Assembly: GCA_040954595.2 (NCBI GenBank)
Contig: CM082596.2
Coordinates: 6,522,791-6,586,790 of the forward strand
DNA length: 64,000 nucleotides
Origin: Balanoglossus misakiensis
Taxonomy: Eukaryota > Animalia > Hemichordata
Direction of reading: 5' to 3'
The notes below the pieces were generated by a model. It saw only the letters and a list, made by a program, of their open reading frames with translations, did no database searches and was not told where the DNA came from. Shown piece by piece: positions 56,214-64,000 of the stretch. Positions within the stretch are counted from its first letter, which is position 1, and every line of letters begins with the position of its first letter. The translations under genes were made by a program, and so were the position numbers.

Positions 56214-59200
56214 TAATGTAGTTTATTTTGGAGATATTTTGAACTTTACAAAATTTGAATTCATATTTTTATGATTAAGTTCAAGTTTGGCGGTATTTGT
56301 AACCAGAATGTTTGGCAAAATATTGTTCGAATTAAATGCTCAATTTTAAATTGTATATAAATAATTAAAAAATCACCAGCTTCTCCTGGAAATGTTTAAT
56401 TGATGAGTGAAATGTTCGCATTAAAATTTGCATTAAAAGTTCAGTCTGGTTGTCTGTTTTTTTTTCCATCTGGGGCTTCTTGGTAGCTGAACAGCTAATA
56501 GTCATGAAGTACAAAGATCCAACATAAAATACATTTAAAAAGCTCGTACAATGACGGGCACAGGGCTTATATTATACTGTATACTGAAGACTCTAATAAT
56601 GTTTTCGTATATGAGTGAGTCGGACCACGTTCCTGTCCTGAAGTGTGCATATCTATCTTTTATCGTTTTCAAGATTTTCGAGAATCAGAATAGTAAAATG
56701 CGTTCCTTTTAGCGAGTGTGAGTACTCGAGTGTGGCTTCAGTCACTCCGCGCACCTGATAGGCTGACAGTTTAGGTCACATGACCATCGACAGCCACCTG
56801 CAAAATTTGCATAAAATGTCAACAAAGTGAACGTTTCCGATTTCGCTGACCTTACGGGTCGTGCCAGGACAGAGCAAGACGGAGATGGAATTATGACACT
56901 TTTTCGCGTAGTGGAAACCTTAGGATATCGCCGTGTATTTGGACTGGATGTATGTCTGTAACAAACTGGAATTTTGGTACATTTGTGGATCGAAACGCCT
57001 GGAATATCGCAGGAATATTGACTCAGCTCGCGGTCGTTGTGTGTGACCTCATTGGGCGAGCGACGCGTGTCCTTGGAATCAACAGACTTGCCAGCTACAG
57101 ACCAGATGGAGGAATGGTTTGGTGGAATTTCTAAAGAGTTTTTGGTAAGCATGGTAAGTGTGTTCTGTTATATTCTGCGAGCGCTAACATTCATGAGCGG
57201 AAACACAATCACGGTGAATGTGATGCGACGCGCCCGCTACACGACCGTTCACCCAGCGCCGCGTCCCGTCCGTGTTGGCGACAATTTGTGCTTTGCAGAT
57301 TGCGTGTGTCGCGTCGCGTCGGATATCGTGTCTGCTTTGTGGTATAAAATTCAGGAATATTCTGCAGTCGGGTTTTGAACATACTAAAGTTTACTGTAGT
57401 GCTGTAATGTTGTTGTAAATCTCTTAGCATAAGAATTAGGTGTAACTGTAGATTTCTTTCATCCCCAATGTGCAATGGACATGGATATTTACATTCATGA
57501 CCATGTATGTATATACAATATACAATGTAACTCATCGTGCAGTTATTTTCGCGTCGTGACCAATCAGATCGCTCTGTTTGTACCATTAGTATACTACGAG
57601 TACAATAATAGCACGTAAGTTGACCTTTTAAGGTCATTGTCCTTGTTGACAAATGAAAAATCAACAGTAATTATGGAGGCTGTGTAAATACTAGTAAAAT
57701 CTAAGCATAGGGCATTTCAGTGATTGAACATTAATTGTGATGTTTTTTGGAGCAGCCTAATGACAGCTGGAAAGGTTTTCAGTTTCCAATTAATCAATCA
57801 ATCCAAGAATGCAACATGTAGAGAATTATTCTCTCTTAAAATCAAGAATAAAATAACCGGTGGTCACTCTGTAAATTTTTGAAAGATAGGGTCAAATTAT
57901 TCACAATGAATTAGTATTGAATGGTTTCATAACAGACAAGACAGATAAGTATGTAAGAGGTAATTTATTATTTGCATAAAATTGTTATTTGTAATAATAC
58001 ATTGAGGCAGCATGGTTGATAAATAAATAAGATATTACAAAATGCCAAAACAACTTGAAATAACAGATCTTCAGAACTACAGATTGGTTCAATAATGGAT
58101 GATATAAACTCTCTAGAGCATCCTGGCAGATTAGAGATCATTGTACTTATGTAGAGATCATTGTAACCATCTGTGTTTACCTGTTGTGACAATGATTGCG
58201 TGACCAAATCTCTTTCTTTATAATGGATCACACTATATTTTTTCTGAACATGGTGCTTTTTGTGTGCAGACTAATGTCTGTGCATTGGTACAGTTGGTCT
58301 TGGTTGGAATCCCGTAAAATACAGATTGATTATTGTACATATTGTATGCATGCGATTCATAGGCATCTTAGTATTGGTTCTGTAGCTACATGCCTTGAAA
58401 TTTCTCTAAAAGTGAAGTCAAGGAAAACTGAGATCATACACTAATACCCTGCCCCCCCCCCTCATCGTAATCTCAGAATTCTATTACAGCTATTTCTTGT
58501 TAAACAATGTAATACAGTTCATGAACATTTACATCACCATATCAATGGGGTAACAGCATGAAAGTCATAAACTATTAAACAACTCTGTCCAAGTAAAACA
58601 TTCAAAACTCTAACAGGGCACTACTTTACTTTACAGACACTGTCAGATTTTCACCAACTGGTTTTGTTGTATTAAAGGGGCACATTGGTTCCAATATATT
58701 AAAGGGACACATGCTCTATCTAATGCATTCTTTTAAAATTTACTTTTGGTGTCACACTGAAACAAAATGGGCATTTCACTAAATTAATTGTGTTAATTAA
58801 GAACCAAAAAATGTTTACGGCCAATACAGTCTAAATGAACAATTTCTTTCCAAGGGCACTATTGTTAAAATACCCAGTTTGGAAAATTAAGTACTCCATC
58901 CCCAGTATATATTAATGAAAGGAAAAATTACAGAATAAGGCTTACAGTCATAAAAAAGTAATAAATAATTTGGGGATCGCACCTCAAAACTGGCACAATC
59001 TGTTCCTAGCAAAAATGGAGGTAAATTGTCTCAAAGAAACAATCGGAAATTCTTTTATAACCCCTGAGCTTCCTAAGCAAATCTGACAATTTGCTGACTG
59101 TGTAATCTTGATCCTTTGTTCATAATCAGTGGCCGATGAAACTTCAAGTGTACATGTACATCCATACCATATGTGTCCGTGCTCAAACAATGTTCTTCTG

Positions 59201-59344
59201 TGTATTTGACATAGTTTGGGCAGGAGTCTCAAGTTTGGATAATAAGTCCATCAAGGGGAATGTATTTGCAAATACTCTGTGTCATGAGAGTATCACCCAG
59301 CTTGCAGATGTACAAATGCGTTGAACAGTATTGTTCTATATGGT

Positions 59345-60964
59345 CTAACACACTCCGCTGATCAGAAGTAAAACAATGCAGTTTCCTGTGAGAAAACCAA
59401 TTGAGTAAAGCACCAAGAGAATGCGATCTACCACCATTGCGACATATTTCCAGTCTTCACGAACCTGAGAAAAAAAAGAACATCAAGCAGTTATTAATAA
59501 TGCTTTCACACCTTTGAAATCGCTGTAGGTCATTAGATGCCCATGTTTGGGGCATACCTATACTAGGTATAAACAATTAACCTTTATTTGCGCACGGGAC
59601 TGTTTATTGGGAGAGGGGAGGGGGTTTACCGTGGATAACATCTCACCTCGTATTCATCTCCTTCCCTCTTCACAAAATCGGTGATTACATCAAGGTTCCG
59701 CAAAAGTTTCCTCTGGAATGGTGTAAGACTGAAGCCGTCACGTCCTGTGAGCGAGAGTCCAGAGTTGTCTTGTTCCTGATAGATGGCGTCACCACCATCA
59801 CTTTGTGGTGGTGGTGGTAGTGGCGGTGGTGGTGGTGGTACATTTTGGCGCATTGAATCCTGTCTCACAAGCAGGGCCTCGGTTTCTGTGTAGTCCGACT
59901 GTTCCACTGGTGAATCTTTCGACGACATGGACAAATTCCGCTGCGTATCCGGATCCCGCTGGGGTTGTCTGTTATTTCTGGTCAAGTCAGCGGTCTGCGC
60001 ATGCACACTGCCACCGGGCTCAAAGTCGCTCAAATCAGCGTGCCGCGGACACGTCTGTCTCAGGCTCGATTGTCTTTTGCGAGACAAGGAGCTTCTCTGA
60101 ACTCTATCTCCGCCGTTTTCGGCGGGTTTCTTCTTGATGCGGCTCTTTGGAGACCCGGAGAAGTTGTAGTTGTACGGGTGACAAGCGCCCTCTACAGTGC
60201 GTTCCAGAACTGCCAATTCGTGCAGTTCCTTGTACAGCGTCTCCTTGCTTCTTCGCCCGGTTTCAGTCCGTTTCATGCACAGGAATTTGGGAAGGACTTC
60301 CAGGAAGATCTTTCTGACCAGTGTTGGCATCTTGTGCGTGTTCTTGTTGCGGTAGTGAAAATTCAGCACCACTATCGTCGAGATGATGGACGTCATGACG
60401 ATGAACATGCAGAAGAGAATGTACTTGACAATCAGCGGCGTGGTTTCTGACGTCGGTGGCATGATCTCCGCGATGATCAGATTCAAGACGGACAGCGCCA
60501 GCAGAATGGAAATGCTGAGCGCGATCTTCTCGCCGGAGTCCGGGGGCAGATAGAAGACGAACAGGGTGATGAACGACATGGAGAAGCACGGGATGACCAT
60601 GTTCACGATGTAGTACAGAGGGCGCCTCCGTATGACCAGCGTGTAGATGAGGTTGCTGTACACGTACGGGCAGCACGGGTACTTCACCAGCAGGTTCTCC
60701 ACGTCGGAGCTGACTATCTCCCACTCGACGTTCTCCAGGAAGTCCTCCTTGACGATGTGCTCGTGCATGGGCTGCAGGAGGGTCTCGTTGCCGTTGTACT
60801 CCCACGTGCCGAACTTCAGCGAGCACTGCTGGACGTCGAAGGGGAAGTACTCGATGTGGATCACACACGGGCTGGTGAGGATCGCCGGCGGCGCGATTTT
60901 GACTACCCCCTCGGAGGAGACCCGGGCGTTTATGGACCTCTGTAGATCGTAGTTGCCGTCAGCA
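59345..60964 (-). CDS. Nicotinic acetylcholine receptor alpha-type subunit, 3' part; upstream exons not found in the window
   Basis: Exon 60964-59647 has ADGNY, Cys-loop CVIHIEYFPFDVQQC, loop B GTWEY, loop C YPCCPYVY (vicinal Cys, hence alpha), RRPLYYIVN, cation-type GEK before M2, M3 and a long M3-M4 loop. Exon 59464-59345 reads EDWKYVAMVVDR plus M4 and TAG. Confidence 0.95.
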
Positions 60965-63900
60965 CTGGAAGGAAGACATCAAATCAAACCAAAATACTAA
61001 AAGGGACGGATTAAATGTATCGCCATAATGTATGCACCACATGTATGTATCACATGTATGTATCATATCTAGGTATCATATCTATGTACGTGCGTTCCAC
61101 TCAGTCACGTATGGTGCAAAGGCAAATTAACGATCGTTTTATAACTTTTCACCACGACATTCCCGTCGCGTGAAACCTACTTCTTTTCCGCCTACTGTCC
61201 TAACGAACTACAGTAATTCTCAGCCATTGACATTTATGGCATTTGACAGTCGTAGACTTGCGATTTAATAATCCGATCGAGGACAAAGCTGCAACTTTGC
61301 ATTAGAGATCTCTTTGGCGTTTCATTAATGAAAATGTTTTTGTCCTGCAAAAATAGACCCGATGTTCCCACAGAGGGAAGTATAATTATTATGAATTAAT
61401 TTGAATTGCTTACGCCACCTGACATGTTCAGGTCCGTGCTGAGGATATCGTGACTACATCACGTGATTTGCGCAAAAGTACATGGTACAGTCATCCATTA
61501 TCATAGTAGTGGAAGTTTTCATTAAATATGGATACGAATTTATTTTTAGAAACAATTATCCAAGCGTTGAATATAGGTCAAATGGTGAACAATGTAAAAT
61601 GACTTGTACAGCGAGGCCATGCATTTGGCATGTCAGTAATAACACACGATAGCATGAAAGCTAAAAGTAATATAACCACTGAAGTTTTTATATATCATAC
61701 CTATTATAAAGTGCCATATCCGGGTACCAGAGACGCTCAAAGCTGAGGACAACTGAAGCGATTCCAGTGTAGTTTTCAGGCATCCATTGAAGCCTATAGT
61801 CTTGCCATTGCTGAAATGCGTTATGAGTTTAGTGTATTTTAGTCGCTTTTTATGGTGCAGTTCAAAAAAAAAATATTTAACGCAGAAAGACATTTCTGTT
61901 CTCCAGTACCCAGCAACTATACACGTCAAACTGGTCGTAGAAATGAGTTATTACTCTACTCAACTCGTATTATGTAGGGAATTGATGTTCTTTCCAGGCT
62001 AGGCGCCAAGTTGTAAAGAAGCGAAAATGACTCTTCGTCAGAAATATTGGCCGAAAAGAATACCTTTGTCCAGAAAAAAAATTATACAGCTGTATACATA
62101 CCTGCTTCATCCAGACGCTAATCTGCATAATTTGGTTTTTCTCGTCCTGCGAGAAAGAAAGATATCACAAAAATTTATTTTTATAATACAGCTAGATTCA
62201 AGAAGGGCACTGAGGGCTTACTCAGTGAATAAATAACACACGTGACCGCGTTTCCATCACTACGGTTCTGAAATATAGTGAAATGCGGAGTTTGTAGTCA
62301 AGTCATTTGTGAGAGACCTCGGGGATAGAATACTAATTTCAAAAGTATGAGTGTGATCTCGATTTATAACACGACGTTCAATGAAATATATGCTTCACGT
62401 TACAACAAAATGTACCGAAAAATGTAAGGTACACATAAAAGTTGTTATATATTAACTGTAGTTCATGACTGGTTCAATATTTTAACGCGTCATAAATCAT
62501 TTGTCGATGTGTATGTGACACGAGCATTATACCCTATTAAACGTGGGGTTCTGAAATTGACATTGTTTGCTTAGAAATTTGACATGTGTGAAGCTGACAC
62601 GCCCGACCTTCCATTCGATAGAACAGCGACACAGAACTCGATTAATCCGGGAAATTTGATTTTAACTTCACAAATATTTAATTGTCAGTGACTGGCGTAC
62701 TTTTCGCATTGTACTATTCGCATTTATTTGGGTCACTCTTCCCTCCAAAGAATTTCTCGGCAACGTAACGTTGCAGGCAGCCCCCAGCGTTATCACGTTC
62801 CTTCTATTACACTTTCCATTTTATGCAAGCAGTATACCCACAAACGACCAAAGACATAAATCAAGATAATCTAGAAACATGTCACAGATAATCATTATTT
62901 ACAGTGTTTATCACACTGTCTGTCTTACATATAGATGTCCTTTTAAGGTTTAAACTAGTACCCTAAAAATAACTGAATACCATGGCGATAATTTGACGCT
63001 TGTACATTGACGTCACCAGACATAATAGAATGGGTATTCAATCTTTCCCAGGGGTCATAGGGAGACAAGTCTTCGGCAACAATGAAGACAAACTGATTAA
63101 ATCGAACATGCAGTTTCTGGGTCATACTGGGAAATAAACGGACAGCTACATACCCCATGGGTAGCTCCTACCCGGAAAATTAATCAGAAAATCTTATTGT
63201 GGTCATGTCATCATATGAAAAATTTAGTATGTGAAATGGAAGAAAGAATACAACGTGTGGGGCTCTTCAAAATGATCAGTATACGTGCATCGTCGCAGTG
63301 CAGTTGAACTGTGCCATGTACTTTATAACCAGGTCCAATATGCACTGCTGTCAAAACAAATGAAAGAAGTCGTGCGTCTCCGGTGCAAGGCCATCGCGAG
63401 ATTAACCCTCCCGTTGTTTGTACAGTTTATTGCGGGTACCATCGTAAACACACATTCCACCAATATATAGGCAACAGTTGTAAAAATATAGGCTTTCCTT
63501 TTCGAGGCGCATCATAAACATTGCCATCAACAGATGGTTCGGTTTGATGCATTACATTATTTGTATTCGACATTGAAATAGGAATATTTTAAGAGATCAG
63601 CGTGGTTTCACAATTTATTTTATGACGTAATCGTCGATATTATTACCGTGTTGAACGCAACGAAACCCACCGTGAACGCGCATAGTTGTCATGGGAAACG
63701 TTTCCAAAGGAGTAGGCAAATTCGATGCCAGCACACAGTTAAGAATAAATGTGGATCTAGCAATTAAATAACAGAATAGCATTTATAATCTTAGACTTTT
63801 TAAAAATAAATTTGAGACCGAGAGCGCATTCTGCTAAAAATGAACCAAAAGCTGAACTGAAACAGGTAATTATTACGATAGCCTTGTAAAATTCTGCTTT

Positions 63901-64000
63901 AAAGCGTTCGCGTATATACATCGAATATACATAATATTGGTTTGCCGATATTTCCAGACTTGTTTCATAGCATACAGACTCGTCCATCTTGGTATTATCT

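Noticed and set aside
59805-60952. Overlapping alternative ORFs (e.g. 60263-60868, 59965-60450)
   Set aside because: Explained by high GC3 codon usage in the nAChR exon, which depletes stops in other frames.
60965-64000. Upstream nAChR exons (e.g. ORF 62955-63158)
   Set aside because: No WxPD, WxD or signal-peptide exon with proper splice sites was found; the region is treated as intron.

Overview
Intron-rich animal genomic DNA (GT-AG introns, about 38-40% GC by eye). Gene content and repeat types suggest a marine invertebrate deuterostome such as a hemichordate, but that is inference. In order: 5' exons of an SLC22 organic-cation transporter (-, runs off the left edge); two convergent tRNA-Pro genes (TGG +, AGG -) enclosing a ~4.6-kb nest of Helentron/DINE-like non-autonomous elements with ~237-bp internal tandem repeats; an FKBP7/14-type ER immunophilin (-) head-to-head with PLEKHA8/FAPP2 (+); an 18-exon alanyl-tRNA synthetase with a mitochondrial-type N-terminus (-); a second FAPP2-derived GLTP-domain gene whose PH domain is replaced by a basic tail, signal anchor and acidic stalk (+); ZC2HC1A (-); an RXFP/GRL101-type LRR-7TM receptor with degenerate activation motifs, a Pro-rich tail and three tandem degenerate kinase-fragment modules (+); an MS4A/CD20-like tetraspan gene (+); and the 3' part of a nicotinic acetylcholine receptor alpha subunit (-). 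The most novel-looking items are the LRR-GPCR/pseudokinase-repeat fusion and the type II membrane-anchored GLTP. Exon boundaries were read by hand from splice signals and frame continuity. No database search or expression data were available.
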